64,000 nucleotides of DNA, from the NCBI RefSeq assembly GCF_018350175.1, contig NC_058374.1, positions 131,440,001 through 131,504,000 of the forward strand, written 5' to 3'. Position 1 is the stretch's first letter. Every line of letters starts with the position of its first letter. The notes under the pieces are model-generated. The model was not told the DNA's origin, made no database searches, and saw only the letters and a list, made by a program, of their open reading frames with translations. This document shows positions 23,801-35,149 of this stretch, piece after piece. The stretch is from Felis catus (taxonomy: Eukaryota). Both the position numbers and the translations under genes were made by a program.

Positions 23801-24893
23801 ACGGGGCTGGGAGTCAGGACTGCCCTTCTCTAAACAGTCCTCCTATTGTTAAATTCTTGGGCATGTCCACAGTTTTGCTTATTATAGTTATTGGGGCCGC
23901 GGACATCTTCAGGCATGTAGCTTTTTGTCTCCGGTTTGAATTTCTCTGCCTGTGATCGCTTTCCCGGCCGAGGCCGACGGGGGCAGAGGTGCGAACGTCT
24001 CTGTGCCCTGCTGCGTTCCAAAAGGGCTGTGCCAGTTTCTGATGCCAGGAGCCCACATTCCTGTGGCGGTAACCACACTGCTGTCCGTTAAGTACTTTCC
24101 GCTTTCCAAACCGCTTGCCCCGGCGAAGCCCACAGCACCTCTTGAAGGTGGGCAATTATCACTTGGATCCTCCTTTTCCGGTGAGTCCAAGGAAACTCAG
24201 AGAGGGTCCCGTGGCTTGCCCAAAGGCACACAGCTGCCAGGGTCCAACAGTGAACCCCAGACGGGACTGGCTGAGCCAGGCCCGGTTACACGCAGTGGCT
24301 CATTCAGCCCCTACCGGGCCGTGTTCGCGATGGGAAAACGGAGGCACAGCGAGGTTAGGTGGCCTTCCCGAGGAGGGCGGAGCTGACGGAGCCTGAATCC
24401 AGGCATCTGGTCGCAGTCTGTACTCTTAACCACTACACGAAGACTGGGAAGATTTTGACCCATTGCAGTGCCTCATTTAACCCCCGTGCCACGCCGCCTC
24501 CCTGGAATTCCGTTTCCAAGCCTGCATGCCTCCCCTGCGACCGCTCCGCACTGACCACGTCTCCGTCTCCCTGCAGGCACTGGGAGCCTGGCTGCTGCAG
24601 TGGAGACCGCCTCGGGCCGCCAGGCCCTGGTGGTGGGCAAGCCCAGCCCTTACATGTTCGAGTGTATCACGGAGCACTTCAGCGTGGACCCCACCCGCAC
24701 GCTCATGGTGGGTGACCGCCTGGAGACCGACATCCTCTTCGGCCACCGCTGTGGCATGACCACCGTGCTCACGCTCACAGGCGTCTCCCGCCTGGAGGAG
24801 GCCCGGGCCTACCTGGCGTCTGGCCAGCACGACCTCGTGCCCCATTACTATGTGGAGAGCATCGCGGACTTGATGGAGGGGTTGGAGGACTGA
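20177..24893 (+). CDS. PDXP: Pyridoxal phosphate phosphatase / chronophin, 296 aa; join(20177-20750,24577-24893)
   Basis: MARCERLRGAALRDVLG start; HAD motifs I FDCDGVLW, II SNNS, III GKPS, IV GDRLETD; phase-1 GT-AG intron; 891 nt total. Confidence 0.98.
22787..23005 (-). mobile_element. CanSINE in PDXP intron
   Basis: Full length; TSD tgaggatttcttg. Confidence 0.93.
23117..23529. mobile_element. MER63-like non-autonomous hAT DNA transposon
   Basis: Degenerate TIRs cagtggtgtactg...cagcgcgtgactg; internal actcccaccatggccaatttcaagct...gtcactgaac..ggagttgggaag matches the recalled MER63 consensus. Confidence 0.7.
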
Positions 24894-25869
24894 GCCCACC
24901 TGACCAGCAACAGCAACCCTCCACCCCGATCCCGTAGGTGGAGGCGATGGGCCAAGAGCTGCCGGCCCCTGGGCCCCGTTTTCTGCAGCCTGGTGGGGTT
25001 GGGACCCAGGGAAGGTGTTAGGGCCCTCGCGTCCCCTCCCAGTGGTGGCTGGGCACTCTTTGCCGTTCCGGAGGCTGTCCCCCTGCCCCTACCAGTTCGC
25101 CCTGGCCTGACCCAGCCAGGTGGCCTTATTTCCTGCCTCGTGAACTCCCCTCTTTGAAATCTGGGCCTTGTGCCCACTGAAGATTTCCCCTGACCCTGAG
25201 CACTTAATCCCCAACTCCTTCCCTGGGGCCTCTAGAGCCCTTCCTCCCTCCAGTCCTGGCCTTGGGTTCCTGCTGACCAATCAGAGGTCTAGGGAGCCAC
25301 CGGCCATTATTGTCCTGATCCCTGAGTGGACCAGTCAGAAGGCAAAGTGACAATGACCCTTTCAGGTCCTCACTCCTGGGTAGACCGATCAGAACACCAG
25401 GTAATAATGACTCACTGGTCTCTTTGATCCTAAAGAGAACAACCCAGAAGTCTGAGAGAGCGTGGCCTCTTGACAATCTGGATCTGACTGGACTAGCTAG
25501 GGGTCCAGATTTCTGTCCACACGTGTCAAGTGCTGAAGACACCCACCCCTCCACAAAGGTTGTGATCCGGGGAGGGCCCACCCAATGGCTCTGGGGGCTT
25601 CTGTGGCCGAGAGCCCCACGTTTCCCTGATCATGGTACTGGTATCAGTCCAGCGTTGATGGTGGCCACAGCTGGGGGGACGGGGGGGGGGGCTTTTGTGT
25701 CCCCGTGTTGTCAGTGTTTGCTGTGCCACTTCTGCCCCGTGCCCGCCCCCGGCTATTTATTTATTTATTTATTATTTATTTATTTATTTTCGCGTGTCAG
25801 TGATGGTGGGGGCGGGGGCTGGGCCTTCCCGCCACTTCCGCCTCTGTCGTAACCTGCCGTCCCGTACTT

Positions 25870-25875
25870 AATAAA
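25870..25875 (+). terminator. PDXP polyadenylation signal
   Basis: AATAAA about 980 nt after the stop, followed by GT-rich downstream sequence. Confidence 0.8.
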
Positions 25876-26034
25876 GTGCGAGCGGGAGAGCCTGTGTGGC
25901 CTCGAGTGTGTGTGGGCCACGGGGCGGGCGGGAGGAGGACCCCCCCCCCCCCCTGCCTTGAGCCGGGTCTCCACAGCACTGGCCGGCTTGGCAATCTTCC
26001 TCCGCAGGAAATGACCCACCCCGGTCCCAGAGCC

Positions 26035-26216
26035 TTTTCTTCTTTTTCTAGATGTATTGATTTGTTCTGAGAAAGAGGGAGAATCCCAAGCAGGCTTTGG
26101 GCTGTCGGCACAGAGCCTGACGTGGGGCCGGAACTCACGAGCTGTGAGATCATGACCTGAGCCACGGTGAAACCAGGAGTGAGCGTCTTAACCCACTTAG
26201 CCAGCCAGGCGCCCCC
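26035..26216 (-). mobile_element. CanSINE just downstream of the PDXP polyA site
   Basis: Reverse head and body. Confidence 0.88.
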
Positions 26217-27184
26217 GCGGAGTGTTTTCCTGTGCCCTGTCCTACCTCAGCCCAGTAGCGCTTGATGCCCCGCTGGGTCTTTACGTCCTGATGTGTTTCA
26301 GTCCTTCCGAAAACTCAGCCAGCTTGTATCGCTCGGTCCCTTTTGCCTCTTGGGGAATGAGGATCAGAAATGGCGGAGTTAACTTACACAGCAGCACACG
26401 TCTAGAAAGCGTGATCTCCTGAGACAGGGTTTGAACTCCCGTTAGCGGATTCCGGGGGGCTACAGCGCCCTCCCTGCAGAGACCCGAGAGGAAGGAGGTC
26501 CTGGCTCTCCCGGAGCTCAGGTGAGATCCTACACCCCCATCCCACCCACCTTCGGGCTCCCTTCCCGCCTGGGATGCTCCTGTGACTACCCCCCCCCCGC
26601 AGTGAGCTGGTTGAGGGGCTGCGGGCGGGGAGGTGTCACGATTGCTCCAGGCCTGACTGTCACTGATTGGCTTGTCGCGAGCTTGCACAAGGCCTTCCCG
26701 CTCAGCCTGTTCCCTCCTGTGTAAAGCGAGGGGTGCGAGGTCTGGGCGATGTTCTCCAGGGTGGTTCTTCTGGGGAAGAGAAAGTGCTGACTGAGCCCGG
26801 CTGCATCACGAAGTTGTCAGAGCCCATTTTCCCTCGCGGGGACTTCTGGCTGTGACAGGAACTCAGCTCGGCCTGGCTAAGGCATGAGGAGTTCACTGTC
26901 GGCCCCTGCGAGGTGCTCCAGCCCTCCAGGTGCACCCGCCTTTAGCCGTGCTCATCCGACCGACATCCAAGGGCTGAGGCCACATGCCCATCTCAGAACC
27001 TGCGCCGGAGGGGATAGAGCAGAGTTCTTGGCTAGCCTGGGCCAAGTTCCCGCCACCCCACCCCCCACGCCCCCAAGGAGTGCCCACCTCCGGCTCCGCT
27101 CTGGACCTAGCGGCCCCTCCCCACCGTCCCTAGTGGACAGAAACCTGACTTCCTTGAGCGGAGCACACGGTGGCCTGTGAATCA

Positions 27185-27722
27185 GAAGGGGGAGGCAGCC
27201 CAGTCCCAGGAAGTGACTCTTGATTGGTTTAAAGCTTGAGTCTGAGCCAATCATGGTTATTTGATTCCCCGGCTATCCAGTGATTGGTTTAGCCGTGGAC
27301 TTGCGGTACACTTCTGACCGGCAAGACATGAGGGGAGGGCTGTTGGGAGATCCTGGGAATGTTTGCCCCACTTTCAAAGAAGGACATGGTTGGGGGTGCC
27401 TGGGTGGCTCAGTCGGTTAAGCTTCCGACTTTGGCCCAGGTCATGATCTCCGGGTCCTCGAGCCCCACGCCCACCTCTCTGCTGTCCGCTCAGAACCTGC
27501 TTCAGATCCTCTGTCTCCCTCTCTCTCTGCCCCTCCCCCGCTCATGCTCTCTCTCCCTCTCAAAAATAAATATTTTGAAAAGAACATGGCCGGAGGAGGG
27601 AAACACTCTTCTGGGCTTTGGGTGCGGAAGTTGTTGGCAGCCATTCTGTGATCATGAGACCCACCCAACAGACTTCTCCACTTCAGGTGGCAGAGCAGAA
27701 AGATGGGAAGAACTTGGGGCTG
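27185..27722 (+). mobile_element. MLT1-like (ERVL-MaLR) LTR remnant interrupted by a + strand CanSINE (27392-27577)
   Basis: agccaatcatgg...gtgattggttta and ggcagccatt...ggcagagcagaaagatgg motifs typical of old MLT1 LTRs; SINE is clear. Confidence 0.6.
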
Positions 27723-27737
27723 GCTGTTAACCCCCAA

Positions 27738-28335
27738 CTTTTTAATTTTAATTTTTAAAGTTTATTTTATTTATTTTTGAGACAGAGAGAGAGAAAGAGG
27801 GAGACAGCGAGAGGGGGAGGGGCAGAGAGAGAGGGAGAGAGAGAATCCCAAGCAGGCTCCACACTGTCAGCACAGACCCTGATGTGGGGCTCGAGCTCAC
27901 CAGCCCTGAGATCGTGACCTGAGCTGAAATCAAGAGTTGGACACAACTGACTGAGCCACCCAGGCGTCCCAATTTTAATTTTATTCTAAAGATGTTATTT
28001 TTAAGAAACCTACACCCAACATGGGGTTCAAACTCACAACTCTGAGATCAAAAGTCCCATGCTCTGCCAACTGAGCCAGCCAGGTGCCCCTTCCCCAACT
28101 TTTAATTCAGAAAAAAAGTTTGTTGTTTAATGTTTCTTTATTGAGAGAGAGAGAGAGAGAGAGAGAGAACAAGCAGAAGAGGGGCAGAGCAAGAGGGAGG
28201 GAGAGAATCCCAAGCAGGCTCCGTGCTGTCCACGCAGAGCCCCACACGGGGTTTGATGTCATGAACAGGGAGATCATGACCTGAGCCAAAACCAAGAGTC
28301 GGACACTTAACCCACTGAGCCACCCAGGCACCCCC
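27738..28335 (-). mobile_element. Stack of three CanSINEs (27738-27970, 27971-28090, 28118-28335) within an old L1 3' remnant
   Basis: Three reverse heads; flanking acagaaaaagtgcaagaa...cccttcacctggattc is L1M-like. Confidence 0.88.
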
Positions 28336-28974
28336 AGAAAAGTTTTAAACCAACAGAAAAAGTGCAAGAAAAGTACCCTAAACATCCATATGCCCTTCAC
28401 CTGGATTCCCAGTTAATATCTCAGGAAGCTGATGACCCCAATCCTCGAAATGAAACTCCTTCCCACTATACTCTCTGGTGTCCATAGTTTCCCGGTTTTG
28501 TCTCCCTCCTCCACCCCCACCCCCACCCCCATCCACTACCTTCTTGGTGACCAGAGGCCTTGGAGGGACTTTCTGGTGACTGCATGATGTTTCCCTTTGG
28601 AGGTGGCTGTGAGGCCAGTGACAGGAGCTCAGATTCACGGAAACCTGAGCTCGGCCTAGCATCACCTTCCCGCCTAGCACTCTGGTGATTTCATTTTCGC
28701 CATTCAGAGGAACCACAACCAAGGGATGGTCCCTGTGCGTGGCTTTTCCCGCATTTCCTTATATGTCCAGTAGACCAAGTCCCCGTGAATTGGAGTCGTC
28801 TCTAAATTCCATGGGTAACTTTTACCATGAGTAACTCAGCACCACACAGCTGCCACGTGGCGCCTCGGCTACTCGGGAACCGAAGGCTCCTCATCCCTGC
28901 CCTTCCTTTCTCTTCCCAAACCACATGTTTCCATGAGCCTGGGCGGTTCTAGCAAATCCCACTTCTCCGACACC

Positions 28975-29648
28975 ACCTAAAAGGGAAAGCTGTTTCCTCT
29001 ACCCGCAGAACACTTCTGACACCAGATGTATGGATTTTCCTGCACCAAGGAAGTCTGTAGCCTTCTGTGGACAACTGGGTGTCCTAGAATTCGATCCTGG
29101 CACCACCCAGAGTTAGTGAAGTCTCCACAGGTCCACAGGTTAAGGGTCCAGTCCCATGAGACTCCCTTTCCCCCCACCTCCGCCTTCCTCCTCCCCTCCC
29201 CCCCCATCAGATGCCACTCGAAAGTCCTGGGTGTCACCTGAGCTTCTGACCGACTGGCTATAAATTGGAAGTTCCCAAAGCCCCCTTCTCAGATCCAATC
29301 ATATGCTGTAACAGCTCACAAAACTCAGGGAAACATGTTTACTGGTTTATTATATAATAAATGATATGTAAAGATACAGATGAACGGCTGGATGGAGAGA
29401 TGCACAGGGCAAGGTCCAGAAGGGTCCCAAGTGCAGGAATTTAACTCCCCATGGAGTTAGGGTGATGTATGCCTGCCAGGAACTTCCAAGGGATTTAGGA
29501 GCTCTGTGTCAGGCACCTGAGTCAAAGACCAAACATTAAAACAAAAGACGTTCCCAGCTCTTTTGTCACTTAGGAAATCCCAAGGGTCTTAAGAACACTG
29601 GTAGGAACTGGGGTCAGAGACCAAATATACATTGCTTATTATCTCATA
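28975..29648 (-). mobile_element. MER21-like LTR
   Basis: cacttctgacaccag, ggttaagggtccagtccca, ttctgaccgactggctataaatt, ctcacaaaactcagggaaaca and the repeated ccaaggg..ttagga...agaccaaa blocks. Confidence 0.72.
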
Positions 29649-29659
29649 CCCCCCCCCAA

Positions 29660-30035
29660 GTTTTATTTTTACTGTTTTTTTTTAATGTTATTTTTGAGAA
29701 AGACAGAGGAAGTACAAGCTGGGGAGGGCCAGAGAGAGAGAGGGGGGAACAGAGGATCCCAAGCAGGCTCTGTGCTGACAGCAGAGAGCCTGATGCGGGG
29801 CTCGAACTCACAAACCAGGAGATCATGCCCTGAGCTGAAGTCAGATGCTTACTGGAGCCAAGCAGGTGCCCCTTCCCCAACTTTTAATTCAGAAAAAAAT
29901 GTTTGTGGGTTTTTTAATGTTTATTTATTTTGAGAGAGAGGGGGGGGGGGCATGAGCAGGAGAGGGGCAGAGAGAGAGAGGGAGACAGACTCGAATCCCC
30001 AGCAGGCTCCGTGCTGGGCCACCCAGGTGCCCCCA
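29660..30035 (-). mobile_element. Two CanSINEs (29660-29872 full; 29905-30035 internally deleted)
   Basis: Reverse heads; ccccaagtttta flanks both ends of the composite. Confidence 0.85.
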
Positions 30036-30426
30036 ACTCCCCAAGTTTTAGTTTAGAGAAGTTTCAAAACAGCAGCAAAGGTGCAGCAGTGGGATAATGA
30101 ACCTGGATCCCCGGTTGTCGATATTTGACCAATGTGCTCAATCACCCTTTGTCTTTTCCACTCGTTCACGTGAGAATACTTTGCAGATGTTAACACTGTT
30201 CACCCCAAATCCTTTAGCTGGCCTCTCCTAGGGGCAAGGACTAGTCCTGGATTATGGCCACATAGAAAAGCTAGGACTGTCTCCGCAGCCATGCTCCACA
30301 ATCATACAAGAACCCAGATCCTGGATGATTTCATCGACCCACTGAATCAGCTACCACGGAAACCTCCTCGGCCCAGATTTTTGTGATGTGAAAGTTTCCC
30401 TTAATTTTAAGATGATTTCTGTTGAT

Positions 30427-30640
30427 GGGGCACCTGGGTGTCTCAGTCAGTTAAGCGTCTGACTTCAGCTCGGGTCATGATCTCACGGTTTGTGAGTTCG
30501 AGCCCCGCGTCGGACTCTGTGTGGACAGCTCAGAGCCGGGAGCCCGCTTCGGATTCGGTGTCTCCCTCTCTCTCTGCCCCTCCCCCACTTGTGCTCGCTC
30601 GCTCTCTCTCTCTAATAAACATTTTTTTTATAGTTTTTAG
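30427..30640 (+). mobile_element. CanSINE
   Basis: Full length; TSD about atgatttctgt.ga. Confidence 0.92.
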
Positions 30641-31432
30641 AATGATTTCTGTCGAGTTTTCTGTTACTTGCCACCCAAAAACTCTCCTGATCCACAGGCC
30701 CCAGGCATATTCTAGAAAACATTAAAATGCACCCCCTTCCGTAAGCCCCACATTAAATAAAGGCGGGGCGGGGAGGTTGCTATGCATTTCCAAAGTATTT
30801 TTATACGTTTGTTTGAGACATTATTTGGCCAATGGGGATCTAAGGTAGGAGTGACCAACCTCTAGGAAGACTTGGACACACTTTTGAAATAAGAAAATTC
30901 AACCCAAGAAAATTGTTTCCAAACGTTTCCGTTTTTACCACCACCAGGTTTTAAGCGTGAGTAAAGGTTGATTCGTTTCAGCTTTCCAGTTTTACCATTC
31001 CAGAGCCAATACATTTTTTCTCTTCAGGTCTCAAATATTTTCTAGGCTCTTAAAGAGCTCTCCGCTTCCTGCGAGTCTATACTTATGGCAAAAGAAAACG
31101 TTACAAAAATAAAGACTCACGCCTGAGCCCTAGAGGGCTAATGAATGGCAGGGCCTCAACCCCACCCAGACCTCCTGGAGAGGAGAGGTAGTTCCCCAAA
31201 GACGAGTGAGGGCCTGTAATCAGAAGGGGGACAGACACCAGGTGGGAAGGCAAAAGTGACAGAAGCCCACTGTGTGGGGGGAGGTGGCTGTCTGGGCAGC
31301 AGAGGAAGGCAGGGAGGTAAGACGGATGGGCAAGGTAAGTGGGGGCTGGGAGAGTGCCTGAGCTTAGGGGGCATCCCCCCACCCTGCCACAGTCCCTTCT
31401 ACCCTTCATGGAACAGGAGGAAACGATCACTT

Positions 31433-31640
31433 GTTTTTTACATTTATTTAGTTTTGAGAGAGAGAGTCCGAGCACAAGTGGGGGAGGGGCTGAGAGCGAA
31501 GGAGACACGGAACCCGAAGCAGGCTCCGGGCTCTGAGCCGTCAGCACAGAGCCCGACGCGGGGCTCGAACCCACAAACCCGCAAGATCGTGACCTGAGCC
31601 GAAGTCGGCCGCTTAACTGACTGAGCCACCCAGGCGCCCC
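31433..31640 (-). mobile_element. CanSINE
   Basis: Full length; TSD about ggaaa.gatcactt. Confidence 0.92.
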
Positions 31641-34600
31641 GGAAAAGATCACTTTTTGAGGTCCAGGTATCCTGGGATCACGTTCTTTCCTTGGCTCCAT
31701 AGACGGAAGTCACTTCAGCCCTGGCTCCCTGTGTGACCTTGGCCAAGTAGCCGGTCTCTTTGGGTGGCTTCTGCTCCATCCTTAAATGAGGGAGCAGATC
31801 AGGTGCAGAATCTCTGGGGTCGTTTCCTGCTCTGACTTCTAGGACTTCGGAGCCTGCTCTGGTCACCTCCACCGTCCCCAGGCTGGGCCAGTCAGGTTGG
31901 CTGAGGGGTGTGGATGGTGTTTCAATGCGTCCGGCAGCCCTCCCTGCCACTGCCGGCTGGAGGAGGGACTGCCTTCACACGGGCAGGGCAGGAGCGGGCA
32001 GGACAGGGCAGGAGTCGGCAGGCTGGGAAGGGCCGCGCTGGCCTGGGTCCCCTGTCCAGCTCATTTCTAACAGCAGCGGCCAAGGTCCAGCCTGCAGAGC
32101 TGCCTGTTAGAATGGGGGAATATTCCAGAGAGTTCACTGCCTCTGCTGCAGAGCAGTGAGGGAGAAGGAGAGCCCCCCCGGTGGGGAGCCTCGGCCTTGA
32201 GGGTGCAGAAGAGAGAACTAATGTGGAGCCCCCCCCCCCCCACATCACCTCTGTAATCCTGCAGCCAGTCAGTGAATGCTAACATTCCCACTTTCCAGGC
32301 CTGGAAACGGGTTCCGCGAGGGTAAGGTCCTTGGCCGCAGTCACAGCCAGGCAGCCCCCAAATTAGGACTCGCCTCCCTTCTCCCGATTCTGACACCAGC
32401 TTCATTCATTTCAGGGCCCGGAGCGGCTTCCCTGTGCGGTACATCCCAGCTGGCAAGCATTAGGCAGGGGGGAGGTGTAGATGAAATGAGATAATGTATG
32501 AAAGCAAGGCGCCGGGCACAGGGCCGGGCAGATAAGTGGGTGCCATCGCTAGGAGGCCCCGAGGACTGGGCGGGAGCTCGGCACACAGAGTGCGCCTGTG
32601 GTCCCTGCCCCCACCCGGGAAAACCATGACCCCTGTTACAGGGGACACTGGAATCTGGAGAGACTCCCTGCTCCAGCATAGGCAGGCAGGGACTGTTGGG
32701 GGTCAGGTGGGGGTAAGAGGGAGACTTCCCAGAGGCGTTGACCCCAGAAAGGTAAGCTCAGCCTAGAAAGAGACAAGAGGGAAGCTAAAACCTTCTGAGA
32801 TTGCGGGGGGAGGGGGGGGGTGGGGGGAATCACCTATTTAGTGCAACAGACATGAATTCCACCCCGTAGCAACCTTGGGTAGGAGAGCAGGTTTAACCTC
32901 CCCAGTTTACAGATGGGCAGACTGATTTGCCAGGATGCCCTTGGGGACGGCGTGGCAGGGCTGGGACCGGATTCCAACTCCCCAGACTCCCAGAGGGGCC
33001 TTTCTGGAGGCCTGTTCCCCACGCCATGCCAATTCTCTACCAGCCCTCAGCTGGCCAGACCCTGGAGAATAAAGCAGCCCCTCGTCCAACAGCAAACGCT
33101 TCGTGGTGCTGGGCCTGTCTTCCAACTTGGGGGAAGCAGCTCTTGATGCCCTGGGAGCCCACCTGCTGGGCTGGGACAGCCAGCCAGACCCACGCGACGC
33201 AGCCAGGAAAGGACTGTGCCGGAACCACCTCTGCTCCTCGGTCCAGGACTCCTCAAATGCCCCTATTGCTTGATCAGGCGGAGGGTGTCCGTGGCCCTTG
33301 GAGGGGAAGCACACAGGAAAGGCCTCGGAGCTGGCTCCGCCCACCCCCTCCCTGCGTTGAGGTTTAGGAGAGGCCCTGGAGGAAAAACTGAAACAGCTGT
33401 GGTTGGTTTCGGAGGCTTGGGCTCCGAGGGGTGATGGGCTCAGACAGGGGGCGGCCTGCATCGAGGCCCAATGAGCCCCCCCCTTCCCACTCCTCCTGTG
33501 CCAGGGGTGGGCTTCAGTCATCCGGAGGAAGGTGGGGTGGAGGGGGGGGCAGCGGAGGGCCTGGCCTCCAGATGTGAGTCCCTCCTGGTCCACATCTTCG
33601 GTGCTGGCAATTTCAGAAGGGAGATGGCAATGCGGGGAAGGAGGTCCCAATGACAACTCTCCGAGTAAGTGACCCACCTTGCCTAGTGCTCCCCATCCCC
33701 CTCTCTCCTCCTGGCTCCTGGGTATGAGGTGAGCACCCCTCCAATCCACCCTCAACTCTTGCTGCAGCGATCTTCCCTGTAACTCGTGTCTGTCCTCAAT
33801 ACTCACCTTCCCTATAACCTTCTATGGCTCCCCAGCACCCTCAGTTAAAACCATGGCCAAGCCCCTTAAAGAGGCCCTTCATGATCCACGTACTGTTGGC
33901 CTCCCGGCCCCGTGCCCCATCTTTCCCCAACATACCCCAAACTCCAGCCATGCCCAGATGTTCACTGTTCCGGTCTGCGCCTTTGCTCACGCTGGAAAGC
34001 CAGGCCCTCCTTCTTCATCCGTCCTTCAAAACCCACCTTCTTCACACTCTGGACAGTCTCCTCGGCACCACGGTGCTTGTTCATGACTCCCCTTAGGGCC
34101 AGCAACATGCTACTTACTCAGGTTCATGGCCAGGTCCGGCCCCAGCAGTGTGCTACCTGAAAGCAGGGGCTGGATGGAGTTCACCTTTGACTCCTCACAG
34201 GCCAGCGCATAGTAGATGCTCAGTAAAATATCTGCTAAATGACTAGAGAAGGAAAAGGCAGTGCCTAGCCTTGGAGAGACAGATGGGAAGCGAGCAGGAG
34301 GGGGGGATGTTCAGAGGGGGGACCCCAACCCTTCACGGCTCGGCCCATCCCGGGCCGCCTCCCAGGCCTGACTCTCAGGCCGGAGGCTGTCAGGCAGGGG
34401 CTTTTGGAAGATCCCCAGCAGGCCCCTCAGGAGGACTGAGGCCTGAGGCCTGAGGCCTGAGCCCCGGAGGCAGCGTCAGGCCTGGCACCCGGCCCAGCCT
34501 TTCTTTAGCGCTAGCGAGAAGCTTGAACGGCAGCCACAATCCCTGCTTCCGGGGGAGGCCCGGGTGGGGCCAGGGCCTTGTGGTTAATGGTCCTGGGCTC

Positions 34601-34994
34601 TCTGCAGAGGCCTTGCAGCGCGGCCACGCCCTGGTCCCTGTCAGGGCAGCCTCAAGAACCCCAATTCTAATTCCCTGAAGGACCCTGTATCCCCTCAGCC
34701 ATCTTCTCTGGCTACCCCCGGAGCTCGGCCTGCTGGCCCTAGGCCCCCTTCCCGCCAACTCTCGTGCCTAACTCATCCTCAAACTATTTTCCATTGGCTT
34801 CCCCCAATCCCTGCCACAGCACAATTTTTTGGGTGGGGGGGTGGGGAGGGATGAAGGAGAATGGGAGGTGGAGCCTGGACCCCGGGGGAGTGGTTAAAGA
34901 AGAAGGGGGTTTACCGCTCCGATTGGTCACCTCTGCTCCCGAAGGGCTTCAAAATTCCATTGACTCCGCCTCCGGTGGGGCCCCCTTCTCTGTC

Positions 34995-35060
34995 CTGACT
35001 TACAATTGGTTGGGCGCCCAGGGGGGGCGGGACTCACCGGAGTCTGGTCCAGTTAAAAGG
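34995..35060 (+). promoter_or_regulatory. LGALS1 core promoter (CAAT box, GC box, TATA-like TTAAAA at 35053)
   Basis: caattgg, ggggcggg and ttaaaa in canonical order 90-150 nt upstream of the ATG. Confidence 0.75.
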
Positions 35061-35149
35061 GTGGGAGCGGCCCCGGGGGCCCATCTCTCTCCTAGAGTCT
35101 TGAGACCGCTGGTGCCGCAGTCCGCAGGAACATCCTCCTGTCCTCAATC

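Noticed and set aside
32907-33806. 299-aa minus-strand ORF upstream of LGALS1
   Set aside because: No domain similarity, codon bias or splice support that I can see.
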